A stretch of DNA of 64,000 nucleotides from Balanoglossus misakiensis (Eukaryota; Animalia; Hemichordata). Below are positions 50,071 to 62,739 of the stretch, in pieces. Position numbers and translations under genes: made by a program. Below the pieces are notes generated by a model, which was not told where the DNA came from, made no database searches, and saw only the letters and a list, made by a program, of their open reading frames with translations. The stretch is from contig CM082585.2 in assembly GCA_040954595.2 (NCBI GenBank), forward strand, positions 200,814 through 264,813. The letters run 5' to 3'. Position 1 is the stretch's first letter. Every line of letters starts with the position of its first letter.

Positions 50071-52837
50071 GCCGTTATGGGATTCCTTCGTGAAGGAAGT
50101 GAAGATACTTGTTCGAGACCACAGAAACAGGTTACCGTCAGGTCTTAATGACCGGCGAGTGGTGTGTAACATGGTCGAGAGAACTGTCTCTATGATACGT
50201 TACACACTGAACATAAGAGAAGCGGTGCAGCACCATGTAATGGCCGTTTCTGTGCAGGACATTCATTTGTTACTGGATTGCTTGAACTCTGTACATATTG
50301 CGTTGCAATCTGTTTTGGAAATATGGAGCTCTAACTCTGGAAACAGTCCTCGCTCTTGAGTTACGATTGGTAATGTTAATACGTATCGTGATGTGAACTG
50401 TGGACTATCTGAGACTGAAACTATTCGAACTGGTGAACCTGGACGTCCACCATATGATATTGATGACAAGGTACAATTATTTATCGAATACGGGTTCAAA
50501 ATGAAAGATATCTCAGAAATGCTCCAAATATCTCGTCAAACATTATGGAGAAGATTGAAATCATTAGGGTATGATTTCACAGATAAGTACAATCCCATTA
50601 GTGATGCAGATCTTGACATGCACATACGCAGAATCAAGGAATCGACTTTTAAGCATTGCGGAGAAAGAATCGTGGAAGGTATTCTGAGATCTATGAAAGT
50701 TTCCGTTCAAAGACAGCGAATAAGAGAAAGTCTCCAGAGGATTGAACCTTTTGAACGAGCCCTGCGTTGGCCACTCTTGAGAATGAAAAGTAAAAGGCAT
50801 GGTGTGTACAATGTGGCGGCAGCACAAAGTTTATGGCATATTGGTAAGAGTTTACATTACACAAAGTTATTATGATAGATAGTATGTACGTACATGCATG
50901 TAATGTATGTATGTATGTATGTATGTATGTATGTATGTATGTATGCATGCATGCATGCATGCATGCATGTAAATATGTATGTATCATGTATCTATTTATG
51001 TATTTATCTATCTATGTAGGTGTATGCGTGTCAGTGAAATCTTAAAACCACTGCATGTTTTCAAATGGAACTATTGTATTTAAGCAATAAAACACCCCCA
51101 GCCATGGTATACCACGAGATTTTGACCAGTTCACAACATATACGCACGAACTGGTCAAAATCTCGTGGTATACCATGGCTGGGGGTGTTTTATTGCTATT
51201 ATATTATGCCAGTATATTGAAACTTTGCATAAAACATTTTAAAAAGGCATTTTCTTTGACTATGATATATGACTGTGGTATATGGCTAATATACCATGGT
51301 CACGTGTCGTGTCTCGACCAATCAAATAGCGTGATTTACACCATCAATATACTGGTATAATATAATACTCAATATTGAACAGTTGTCATAAAGATGCTTA
51401 AGTTAGACTCAGTCTGATACAGATACATCTTCGGTTTCGAGTAACGGAGAGTAATTGTGCATCAAGAGCTGATTTGTATAGTTGTAGTTTAGGAAACCCT
51501 ATTTAGAATGAAAAATATTTTGATCACATTTGGCCGTGTTCATATTTAATTTACATTCCAATCAATTATGCACTTCTGAGGTACATATTTGATGTGATAA
51601 AAAAAATAATTTTCCACATCTAAATATAACTTTAAAGTGCTAAAATGTTGTACATGTCATACATTGAGCAATTGATCATGTGTACTCGTCTTTCAGCATA
51701 TTCTTTTTATACTTAAGACTAATTTGGGTGAGGAAGCTGGAAATGCAGTTTTATGAAGTGGGCCTGCATCCCACGAAACCAAAACTGAATGCCAAACTAA
51801 ATCTGAAGCTAGCTTAAGCATCATTGCCATGATGCTGTTTTTCCATGTTGGTTTTATTTCTTAGTGAAACATTTACCATAATTATGTATGTGGATTGCTG
51901 CTTTTCTGAATATTGAACTTAATTAATAAGTGTGTGATATATAGTCCTCCTTGCCAATAGAATTGATCTACGTGTACATTTATCAAGAGTTTCATAAGGC
52001 TTAATACATATTTCATTTTTTGCAGATGGCCTGGAAAAATTACAAAGATGGGGACTATATGTTCATGGTGGAATAGATGGGTATTCTAGAGTAGTTGTCT
52101 ACCTCATTGCTGCCAACAACAAGATGGCATCAACTGTTTTAGATGGTTTCCTTGGTGCAGTGCAAGAATATGGCATTCCGTCCCGTGTCAGATCTGATTA
52201 TGGGATGGAAAATACAACGGTTGCAGCTTTCATGCTGGCACACCGTGGAGACAACAGAGGTTCACACATTGTTGGATCATCAATTTATAATCAAAGAATT
52301 GAACGATTACATCAAGATACATTTAAATGTTGTTTGGAATACTATCGTGATGTTTTTCTACAGATGGAATGCCAGGGTCTTTTAAATCCTGATAATCCTA
52401 TAGAGATACTGTGTCTTCATTTTGTTTTTCTTCCTCGTATAAATTATTCACTGACAGTTTTTAGGAAAGGCTGGAATGAACATAGATTGCAAACAGAACA
52501 CAATTTGAGTCCGAATCAGCTGTGGCTGCAAAGTGTTACTGCATTCAAAAATTCTGATAAAACTGCTATCAGAGAACTGTTAGATCCAGAGAACATAGAT
52601 TATGCCACTTATGGAGTGGAAACTGACATCACTGTCAACAGTGATGAAGAATACATCACTGTCAACAGTGATGAAGAATAAAATAATGAAATGCTATCAC
52701 CAACATTTGAATTGTCAAATTATGAGCAATGTTTTCAGACTCTACAGGAAAGGATAGATCCATTAGCAGCAAGTGATGAAAAGGGTATTGATATTTACAC
52801 TAGAGCATGTTCCTTAATCAGACAAATGTCATTGTAA
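50066..52837 (+). pseudogene. IS3EU-type (integrase-core DDE) transposase, 2 exons (50066-50843, 52026-52837), two in-frame stops
   Basis: GRPPYDI plus HTH (ISEMLQISRQTLWRR), ISDADLD, GERIVEG.LRS..V.VQR.RIRESL. Splicing G|gtaag...tgcag|AT restores SLWHID-GLEKLQRWGLYVHGGIDGYSR, followed by PSRVRSD.GMEN, GSSIYNQRIERL, WNEH.L.TE.N.SP.QLW and C-terminal IDPL..S...GIDIY. Stops at 50357 and 52679. Confidence 0.9.
51080..51372 (+). mobile_element. Terminal-hairpin element family 2, copy C (apex deleted), in the transposase intron
   Basis: Matches 18081-18400 but reads ...ATACGCAC|GAACTGGTC, lacking the CGAG-CGATAG-CGAG apex. Confidence 0.9.
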
Positions 52838-53052
52838 TATCCATAAAGAAATACAATCACCTCCAATTTACACATACCGGTTACCCATGTATGGTTACAA
52901 GGGTGTGTATAAATCTTTTGATAACCATGATGAAGTGGCACACTTCTTTTCACATGGCTACCTACTGAAAACAAGAGATATTAGTGGCTAAATTTCCACT
53001 TTCCATGCTGGTACATGTGGCTTAATTTGCATCGGAGACTGTATACCTTTAA

Positions 53053-53392
53053 AGCCCCTATAGCTGCCAATTTTTGCATATTTTTTCCACAGTAAAATAC
53101 TTCAAATATATTCCCTATCCTCTAAAATCCTCACCATTAAGCCATATTACTTGCATTTGCATCAGTTTGTCATCTCTTGGCGACATATACAAATATAGCC
53201 TCGTACTGTTTGTATGGAAGCTGATTAAATCGGTGCGGCACCGTTTTCATACATGGCGTTTTCAGATCGCTATATACAGCCATGATCAGGAATGGATAAG
53301 ATGTTTGTTTATACCTAACAGCAAGCTTATTTTGATGGACCAATTTAAATTAATTCATGAAAATAATGCAAAAAGTGGCAGCTCCAGAGGCT
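53053..53392. mobile_element. Kolobok-type MITE
   Basis: TTAA-AGCCCCTATAGCTGCCAATTTTTGCAT...ATGCAAAAAGTGGCAGCTCCAGAGGCT-TTAA. Confidence 0.8.
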
Positions 53393-54502
53393 TTAACATG
53401 TAATGTACTTTGGCCATTTATCAAAGAGATAAGAAGAAATGAAAATGTTTGCGACATTGTTATTATTCATTGACATTTTAATGTATCTTTTTAACTGGCA
53501 ATGCTGAACTGAAGAATGTGCTCTGATTACAGCAACAAGACATCATTGCAAAAAAAAACACACTTTATTAATGGCTCAATACACCATAGAAAAAAACTTG
53601 TAAACATTTATTGATGTCAGACTTGGTATTCCACAAAATCATATAGGTAGCAGTTACTTTGTTTTCTTGTACATAAAAAAATAACAGGGACAGTGTTTAG
53701 ATTGACACCTACATTTTGACCTGGTTTGAAGATTTTTGTCAATAAATGGAAATACTAAAGTCCACTGGTGTGTACAAGTAGTGCCTTTATCAATCCATTT
53801 ACACCAAGGTTTCAGAAAATGCCAATTTTTTCCCCTACCACAGGTCAGTACTTTATGCCATTTTAAAGCAACATTAGTAGTAACATTTTACTGTTTTATC
53901 CGTATTCTGCTTCTGTGTATTAACAGATTCTTGTTCTACTACATATGGCCGTGTTCTGGTTGTCAACATAGCCAGTGCATGTGTAATGACCGATGTTATT
54001 TTTGATAAATGCTTTTGTGTCCCAAGTTGAATGCAATTTATAATAATAATGCTTCTGTATACACGTCAATGTTGCATTGGTAAGCTAAATAATTTAAAAA
54101 AAAAACGTCAAAAGTTACAGCTATTCAAGTAACCAAAGAAAAACCTTTTTCTGAGTCAGAACCATGTGGTGCTTTAATCAACAAAATTACATCCACATTA
54201 AAATGATCACCTATTTCTAGCATGATTTAAGGAATAATAAAACAGCTTTGAAACAAAAAACGAGTGAAAAAGATCACTAAAATGGCTGTGATAGGAGCTA
54301 TAATAGTATAGAGCTATTTTTGCATAATAATACTCATTTTCATATAAGAATATTTAAATGCTTGTAAGTGAATTACAATATGACCTTAACCCTTTCACCC
54401 CCAGTTCCCTCTAGAGGTCCAACCTTACCATAGAGAACAATGGATTTGGACGGCACCAGAGAGGTGAAAGGGATAATTGTTCACCACCTCTCTGCTCTTG
54501 AT

Positions 54503-55375
54503 GCAATCTGGTTAAAATCAGATAAGTTTGGCATTGTCTTTGGCTGTTCTGTTCTCTGTCTTTGACTTGGCTGTTCTGTTCTCTGCCGTGGCTGTTCTTG
54601 GTGTACGTGCCACACTACATCATTCTGAACCTATGCCATAGAACATCTAGTTTTGGCAAATGGATCCATTCGACCAATCACAGAGCGGCTTTCCTAACGC
54701 TTCGGAACTGGCCACGCGCTGGAAACTAACTTCTATTGTTCAAGTTTGTTTGTTTTTCCACACCTCCAGTTTTCTAAACAACCGCTCTGATAGTCTCGGT
54801 TACCCAGACGCCTTTGCTCTTCCGATGCTCTCCAGAAAAGGGTCTGGGGAAATACTATTGAAAGCTTTGTAAAACAAAATGGCCGATGTCAGGATTTTGA
54901 TCATCGCCTGATTGGCTGAGCTGTCAGTATGACCCGGGTCACTGCAATAGTTTCGACAATCGTCTACTAAAGATATTTCGTATAATTTCTCCAACAATGC
55001 TAACAGAGGACGCCTTTTGCCTTTCGCATCAACCAACAAGTACCGGTCTCTTGATATGAAGATATGACAAATAATCACACATTGTCGAGAATCAGTGACC
55101 AAGGTCATACTGACAGCTCAGCCAAGCAGGCGATGATCAAAATCCTGACATCGGCCATTTTGTTTTACAAAGCTTTCAATAGTATTTCCCCAGACCCTTT
55201 TCTGGAGAGCATCGGAAGAGCAAAGGCGTCTGGGTAACCGAGACTACCGCTCTGATTGAGATCTTCTATGGCATAGGTTTAGATGTAGTGTGGGCGTCTC
55301 TTTTTAACAGAACAGCCAAGAATCAGCAAAAGTAAATATGGCGCCCAACACTACATCTAATTTTAATCAGATTGC
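54503..55375. mobile_element. Older fold-back MITE (superfamily unresolved) hosting a younger insertion
   Basis: Termini GCAATCTGGTTAAAAT / ATTTTAATCAGATTGC flanked by a TCTTGAT direct repeat. Internal inverted blocks include CACACTACATC and AACCTATGCCATAGAA. Confidence 0.7.
54791..55246. mobile_element. Young Academ(H)-type MITE
   Basis: ~144-bp near-perfect TIRs starting TAGTCTCGGTTACCCAGAC, with an exact 9-bp TSD CCGCTCTGA (54782-54790, 55247-55255). TAG termini with a 9-bp TSD fit AcademH. Confidence 0.8.
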
Positions 55376-55450
55376 TCTTGATAATTGTACCTGTCTGGTG
55401 AGACATAATAGAAAGTCAAACTAGTCTCTGTCCCATTGTTGACCTCAGTT

Positions 55451-57959
55451 TTACATGATATGTCTGTGTCCCTTGATCATCAGTTTCGCCAGTCGGTCAG
55501 TCTGCGTCTCTTTGTTCAGAGAACCCAACATCACAGTCTGTGCATGTGTATGTGCAGTTTCCACATGGCCAGTTGTCTGTGTATTGACATTCACGCATTT
55601 CATAGATATCATCTCTGTAGTACTATCTGTCAGTTCCACATGATCAGTCTGTATCCCAATGGTTGTGTGTGTTTTGGGATCATCAACCCACTGCCCACTC
55701 AGCTGTTCTTTGACACTGTGTATGTCTTCTAGCTTTACAAGTAACAGTTCTGTCGTGTTGGATGGATTACAAACCCGATCATCGATGCTATCCTTCATGT
55801 AGTCGATAATGCGACCACAAAGTCCTGCATTTAACTTCACACGCAATCCAGGCGGTACAGCCTCTATCAGGGCCAGGATCTCACCATCAGTACCACTTTC
55901 AAACTGGAACCCCTGCATTAGCAACTTGTTGCACACTATTTGTTTCAGATCTTCAGATGTGTATGGCTGGAAGATCCATGGTTCCCTGAACCTTCTTAAG
56001 AGACCCTCATTAGCTGACAGCAACTTCTCCATTTCCATCTTATATCCTGCAAGAACAAATACTGGGGTATCTCTCATACAGTCACCAGTGAGATAGTGCA
56101 TAAGGGTGTTTATTATGTCAACTCCAAAGTCCTTCGTAGATTTGCCTTTATATAGTGAGTATGCCTCATCAATAAACAGCAATCCACCAGCTGCCTCTTC
56201 GATCTTTTTCTTCATTTTTTTCTCTGATTCTCCCAGATACTGAGCAACAACATTATCTCTCTGTACTTCAACAACTTTCTCTTCCTTTAATATACCAACA
56301 TCATATAAGCATCCTGAAATGGCAAAGCACAAAGTAGAACCATGACTAAAAATGCTTTTGAATTTACTGCACCGATTGCTGTATCTAGAATATAGAAATT
56401 ACCAGACTAGGTTTTGACTTACATGATATGGAAATACCCCCCCCCCCTCACCACTTCACTGTGTACATTTCATCTAGTTATATGACAATTGTGCGTGTGG
56501 ATTCAAAGACAAACATGGAAATTATTGGAGAAGCAATGGTAATTTTAGCGACAATTTTATGACCCCCCAAAAAAAGGAAATTGCTGAGTCATCCCTTCTC
56601 CCCACTTTAGATCTTCATGGTAGGAGTTTTTAGATGAGCTGACTCCAAGACTCAAGCTGGTCTGACATAAATTTTATTTTTGCAGATATTGATTTTGATT
56701 CTCATTCTGAATTATTTCTGACAATTTCAAGAAAATGACAATATTTTATCGGTGGTTTCTTGCATTTTTACACACAATCCTATGGTATAAGATAACCATG
56801 TACAGCCTATGCAAAGTGGAAAGAAACTAGGAATACTCCCTAAACTCTCTATTTATACATTGAATAAAACTTGATTTCCTATTATGGTATCATCCTTTAT
56901 ATTGCACCTGGAACAAAATATTAAGTAATAAAAATGAAGGTAAAACTAATTTTCTCACAGTTCTGTGAAAGTGGTACTCTGTGAAATGAAAACTGTACCA
57001 TTAAATTACGAAGGGTGTTGACTTTTGCATTGTGTTTTTTGAAACATTTGAGAATTATAGGTTAAAGCCCCAGTATTTCTCGTGTGTATCCATTTTTCAT
57101 CATCGAAAAATGCCCGTTTTTCCTGTACATTCATCATGGAATACTACATAATGAAGATATAAGAAAGGTTTGGGCAACTGTAGCTATATGCAAGCTGTAA
57201 ATATTGCCCGTAACACTTGAAATGATGCGCGGGTTTGTTTACAACGGAAATGTTGTACATCTCGATCAGCAAACGTGCCACTTTGATATTTGATGTCAGA
57301 CCATTTTCAGATTTGATCTGGTTCCATCGACTGATTTCTCCCATATAGTTATCTTCCCAGAATTTCGCCGAATTAGTGCGCATTTCTTCGCTGAGGCGCT
57401 AGATTTGGGGCGACCAAACCTCTTCCGCATAGATTCACATTTGAGTGCGCATGCGCAGTAGTCACGTGTGTCAACAGAGCCTGACTTTCTGTCCGGACAG
57501 AAAGTCATTCTTCACTCGTTATATTGTAAATTGTATGTGTTTATGAACAGAGCTGGGCATGATAACTGTTAGATTCAGAATCAATTATCATGTACTTTTA
57601 GAAATTGAAGATGCCGTTTCAAACAAAATTTATGCGAAAACGAGAAATACTGAAGCTTTAATATTGAAAACAAATTTACAGCTTTAAAGTTTAATGAGTT
57701 CTATACATTGTAACAGATTGAATGGACACAAAAAGAAACATACCTGCCCGCAACCTAGCAAACATAGTTTTGCCTGTGCCTGGTGGCCCATAAAATAATA
57801 AATTTAGGGGCTCCTCTTCTTGTTTCTTAATTGTACTCCGGGCTTTGTTGTTTATTGCGCGGATGGCTAGCTTTTCTACTTTCTTCTTAATATCCTCCAT
57901 CCCAACAACAGATTTTAGTCTTCTCCCAACTCGTCTTCTGACCAATTCTCTATTCAACT
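55451..57959 (-). CDS. CbbX/SpoVK/EccA-family AAA+ ATPase domain, 2 exons (57959-57744, 56313-55451)
   Basis: LKSVVGMEDIKKKV, Walker A LNLLFYGPPGTGKTMFAR, then a phase-1 intron G|gtatgt...ttcag|GA. Exon 2 has LYDVGIL....VVEVQRDNVVAQYLGES..K....IEEA.GG, Walker B LLFIDEAYSL, DFG...INTL, V.VLAGY..EM..LL..NEGL.RRF (Arg finger) and F..YT.E.L..I. Confidence 0.9.
57066..57657. mobile_element. Kolobok-type deletion derivative in the ATPase intron
   Basis: TTAA-AGCCCCAGTATTTCTCG...CGAGAAATACTGAAGCT-TTAA. An internal minus-strand remnant (GRPK..., RWNQIKSENGLTSNIKVARLLIE) lies downstream of a GCGCATGCGC motif. Confidence 0.8.
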
Positions 57960-58155
57960 CTTTTAAAAGGAAAAAAAAACACGTCCTGTCATATCAACTC
58001 TGTCCCTAAGCAGTACAGAAGGGAAATCTTCTAAATTAACAACATCAAATATAGAAGTCACATATTATCATTTTTCCATGAGAAACAAGCCATTTATCCC
58101 TCCATTTTCAACAGCAAGGACAAAAATGGTTTGTTATCATATGATAAATATTTAC

Positions 58156-61100
58156 CTAATCCACAACTTATTTGTCTCAAGTCAACAGAATCCTGAAGTC
58201 TGCAGGGAAAATAAAAGAAAAAAGTGGTACAATAGTACATGTACACACTCAGTGACATTATGAGGCTTTGATTACGACAATAACCTTTACCTCTTGCCAG
58301 AATGAAGAAAAACATTGGACATATCATGAAAAGTCTTCACACATACAGATCTGTGGTAACATATTAGAATGCTAGACAATGTCGAATGAGAATATTTGAT
58401 ACAGTAAACACATATTGCCTGATTACATGGAATGTGCAAAAAAATGAAAGATGTTATGTTCTGTCCTTTTGCATACAACTAAAACTTTTGTTTGGATGTT
58501 TTGTCACCAGGAAAATACCTTTCTTTAGCAGATATCCTCACAGCATCACTCAGCTTTGAAGGGTAAGGACTGAACATTTCGGCCTTTGAGTACACAGCTA
58601 TTAGTGAGTAATTAAGGAAGACAAACAAAACTCTATTTTCCATTTTAGAATGACTACATGTTCATCACTTTTACAGCCTTTAAAGTTTTCTTTGAAAGTA
58701 CTGATATTCTATTTATTTTCAAAGTGTACGGTAGTTTAATGTTTACACAAGGACTGTGTAATAGTGATCACCTACAAACAGACATTAACTGCAGAGCTTG
58801 TATCAATTTCTAAAATGGACTGCACTGAGACACTTGTGAAATACATCAAAAAATTATTGTGTACTTATCACTTTATCCACTATAAAATCAACAGTTTTTT
58901 GTAACATGCTACATGAAGTAACAAGAAACGTGCGTCTGTTCTGGTTTCAAGAGAAAAAGGATATTGACACTGTCTTGTTGATTGCCTCCTTGTAGATACT
59001 TCAGAATGGCAGAAGTCATGATAAATTCAGTTACATGGTCATCATCATACATGACCCTGAACAGACAAAAACAAATGAGATGTGTTAACAATAGCAGGGA
59101 ATTTGATAAGTTTTAACACATTAATATAACATGCATAGAGACTCAAACTTTATCTTTAATTGTAATTTGTCAAAGAAAGAAATTGTAAAATTATATCAAT
59201 TATCACTTTTCTGCAGTCAATTACATACATGTTCTCATGAGCACCATCAATTAAGAGGCTTCACAGACTAAATTTCACTAAAACTGATCTGTTATTGATT
59301 ATTCATTCTTTTCAGTATTTAACAGCTTTACACACGAAATGATGACAAAGAAGAACATAGCAAACAGACTATATTTACCATGTATCTGCCTCCTTCTTTA
59401 CTAACAACATTATATGGCCCCTTATTTCAGAATGCACAACTATGGCAGTGACTTCCATATCAGGGGGTGACCAGAATGCAGGGAAATCTTGTGGAGACAA
59501 CAGTGCTTCAGCAGTCATCGACCTCGGAATTTTTATACTCCTATTGTCCTGTAATATCACAAAAGCATCAAACTTTTCAAAGACTAATAGTATACAATTT
59601 AAATTTATCCTAAATCATTTGCTCTACCTAGGATAAAAGAAGCTACTTATTCTTTTGGTTGACTGTATTTAGAAAAATGTAGAAGACAATACTGCACTGG
59701 CCCCAGCTACTGTATGTGCATTGATCAGCATCCTTGTGTCTCATCTCAGTTGTCAAATCATTCATGACCTGGAGCTTATGCCCTATAGCAACTACAGCAA
59801 AAGTCACATGTTGTGGTGCAATGAATTATACTTCACTTTCTCTTGATAATTAACATTTTTATGATCAGTCTACAGAAAGTATGAAACCTACCTTATTGCC
59901 ATAACCATCATTTCTGTGAATCCCCAAACATATTAAATTGGGTTCTGTTACCCAGAAGTCAACATGCTTTACGCTGTCATCTATAATGAAGAAAACAAAC
60001 AAAATGATGTTCCTTTTCCTCCCTTCTCCCTAAAGTAGAGTAAATGACAATCACTTTTTCATTTAAGGGTTTCTACTTCTGTAGTATCTCTGGGGGTAAA
60101 TTGATACCGTGACAATGTCAATATTTATACAGTGACCCCTCAAAGAGAAATTATGAAAATTAACTATATTTTCAGTTCTATATTTGTAACAGTGAAACAT
60201 ATAGCAAAGTAACTAAGTGTACATGTATAATCAAATAAATAAAAAACATACGTTCAGAAGGTTCAGGTGCTCCGTCTATGCTGTCTTTGATCTGGACTTT
60301 CACATTAGAAGGAATGTCTCGCCAACAATAAATCATTCTCTCTGTGAGAAAATGATTTAGCTTACTGTCAATTGATGATCCTGGGTTTAGTTGAAGAACG
60401 TACCAGGGGTGTATCAAGGTAATGTATAGGAAAACTGAATATTAAATTGACAATCATCAGCAAAATCAATGATGTCAGTATCATTTGTTATATTTTTCCC
60501 TATAAAATGATCACACCCTGAAAAGGTCTGCCCAATTTAGTTTCAAATTAATGCCCACCCCTACTTCTTGAAAACACATTATCTCACCATCTGTTAGTTA
60601 CTACCACAGGGCAGCAACCTTTTTACTTTATATATGCGTGATAAAATCACCATACAACCATTCATAGTTTCTGAGTTTGTGTACAACAGTATTTATGGAT
60701 ATATATGCACTTGAACACTGGTCTCGTCAACATGAAGAATCTAGTTTTTTACAAAAATATATACTTAAGTCAGGAAATTAGCTGTAACTTTTCGATGTTT
60801 TCAGTACAGGTAATTTTGGTTTGTTTATCTCCTGCAGTTTTTTGTTCAAATCCTTATAGTATGAAGAAATGCCCCACATTCAAAAATGTAATTAAAGTCT
60901 GGACAAGAATTTATTTGTCAACAATAACAATGGTCAATGTTACGTTACACACATACAGCCTATGTTTATTAGTGCAGTACTAGAAATGGCATGCTGTTGT
61001 TAGAGGACCACAAAACTGCAATTGATTCACTGATCAAAAATACTGAAAATAGAGCAAACAGTTACAGCTTAAATCCCTTATAACAGCAGGGTCAAACAAA

Positions 61101-62207
61101 GGATATGACGATAACTGTCGTCTTCAAATTCCTCATCCTCGTAAATCCAGATCCGTCTCTGTGTACCTGCCAAAGTTGTCTGGATTACCTGTGCTAAATG
61201 CTATAAAACATGAAACGAATGAAAAAATCTATCAATTGGAAGAAAAAAAATCGCGTCAAGGACACGGTGGTCCCATTGAGGGATTACACCAGAAAATGTC
61301 TACACCAGAGTACATGGCCATATACAGACAGACAGACAGACACACACACACATAGAGAAAGAGAGAGATCAAAGAGCAAACACTGACTGACCCATAAGCT
61401 GCCAATGGCATATGTACTGTACATACACTAAATAGAACAGCTGGCATCTTTAAAACTTAGCCAGTTATGTTATCATGCAGGAATTTGCTGAGTGTATAAA
61501 TATCAGGAGGGGGTTCCTGCCTAATTACAAAGAACTCAATAAAGTAAATACACACACTTTGCAAAGCAATCTGACCAGTAGTTCTTGAGTCACTGAGTTT
61601 TGACCAAATTCAAATTTTTCATTTGAACAAACTCCCATTTCAGCCCAGCCTGCATCTGCACACCAAATATCAAGGTGATACACGCAGCGGTTTTCAAGTT
61701 TTTGATGTGGACAGACATACATTCATCCATACATACATACATACATACAGACGCAACCAATCCCATAAGGTCCCATGGTATATATGTACATATAAATCAA
61801 ATTGGACCTAAAATCTAAATCTACAGGCATGGTTTGTGGGGCCCAAGTGGTTCCCACGGAATTCCAAAGCTGTATCTGAGCCAGATAATGAGATATCAGA
61901 AAGATGGTCAAGGTCACCTAAGGTAACCAAAAACTTTTTAAATAAATTTTTGCTGGTTCATGTCCGACAAACTTGACACAGTTACATTATCAGAACAAAT
62001 GTAAGACTGACCTAAAATCAATTAACACAGACAAGATTGAAAATACTGTACCTCATTTTCTGTACACAACACTTTCAAGGTTTCGTCCAACACTTCTGCA
62101 GGGTCATACCCACCGCCAGCCATATCCCGTGGCATACACTTGAGGAAATGGCTTACTGCTGTTTCGTATTCTGCCAAACAATCCTCTTCACCAATCAAAG
62201 ATATCAT
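58156..62207 (-). CDS. Upstream exons of the same minus-strand gene: USP (peptidase C19)-like domain and linker
   Basis: AG/GT-bounded exons: 62207-62052 (GGYDPAEVLDETLKVL, a QDA.EFL-like box); 60434-60252 (VLQLNPGSSIDSKLNHFLTE); 59980-59892 (KHVDFWVTEPNLICLGIHR...K); 59548-59379 (IKIP...VTAIVVHSEIRGHIMLLVKKEADTW); 59056-~58930 (VMYDDDHV...NILFL); linkers 58597-58519 and 58199-58156. Phases are compatible except at the ~58930 and ~61200 junctions, which I could not resolve. Confidence 0.7.
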
Positions 62208-62739
62208 CTAGATTTAAATGGGAATGATAGATGAAAAAGTGTTTTATGAAAATTCCTGATATTATATTTTTGGCTTAATAATGTTGACACTACCATATAC
62301 TGATATCAAGTATATAACCCATCCTATGGCATAGAAGAAGGTAAATTGTTATATGCTGTGAGAGACAACTTTGCTCACTTCAGTAAAATTAGAAGTGAGA
62401 AGCTATGACTGCACACAATAACTATTTTTTAAAGAATACAGTCATAAGCTTTAATCTTTTGTAATGGAGAGTATTTGTTAAGTTAATTTTGTAATTGTAA
62501 TTATATGAAAAAAAGTATAATACATCAAAATACCTGTCAAAGGTGACATATTACCTTGAATGAATACAAACCAATTCACTGCATGTACTGACAGAAACAT
62601 AACGTCAAGAATAATAACAAATAATGAATTATCATGAAAATTGCGAAAACAATTATAAAAAAATAGCGTCAAGGACACTGTGGTCCCATTTGAGGATTAT
62701 GTGGAAACAGTGACACACCAGAATAAAAATTACAGGTGA

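Noticed and set aside
48635-50172. Lys/Phe-rich ORFs
   Set aside because: Translations of poly-A/T tandem repeats.
55451-57959. Bacterial contamination as the source of the CbbX/SpoVK-like ATPase
   Set aside because: The gene has GT-AG introns containing host MITEs and is contiguous with metazoan repeats.
61525-61722. ORF as an additional exon of the USP-AAA gene
   Set aside because: It resembles a dispersed repeat also seen near 27780-27850 and lacks good splice sites.
62478-62678. FRNFHDNSLFVIILDVMFL as the USP Cys box
   Set aside because: There is no catalytic Cys, the sequence looks like an intronic pyrimidine tract, and splice phases do not join cleanly to 62207.
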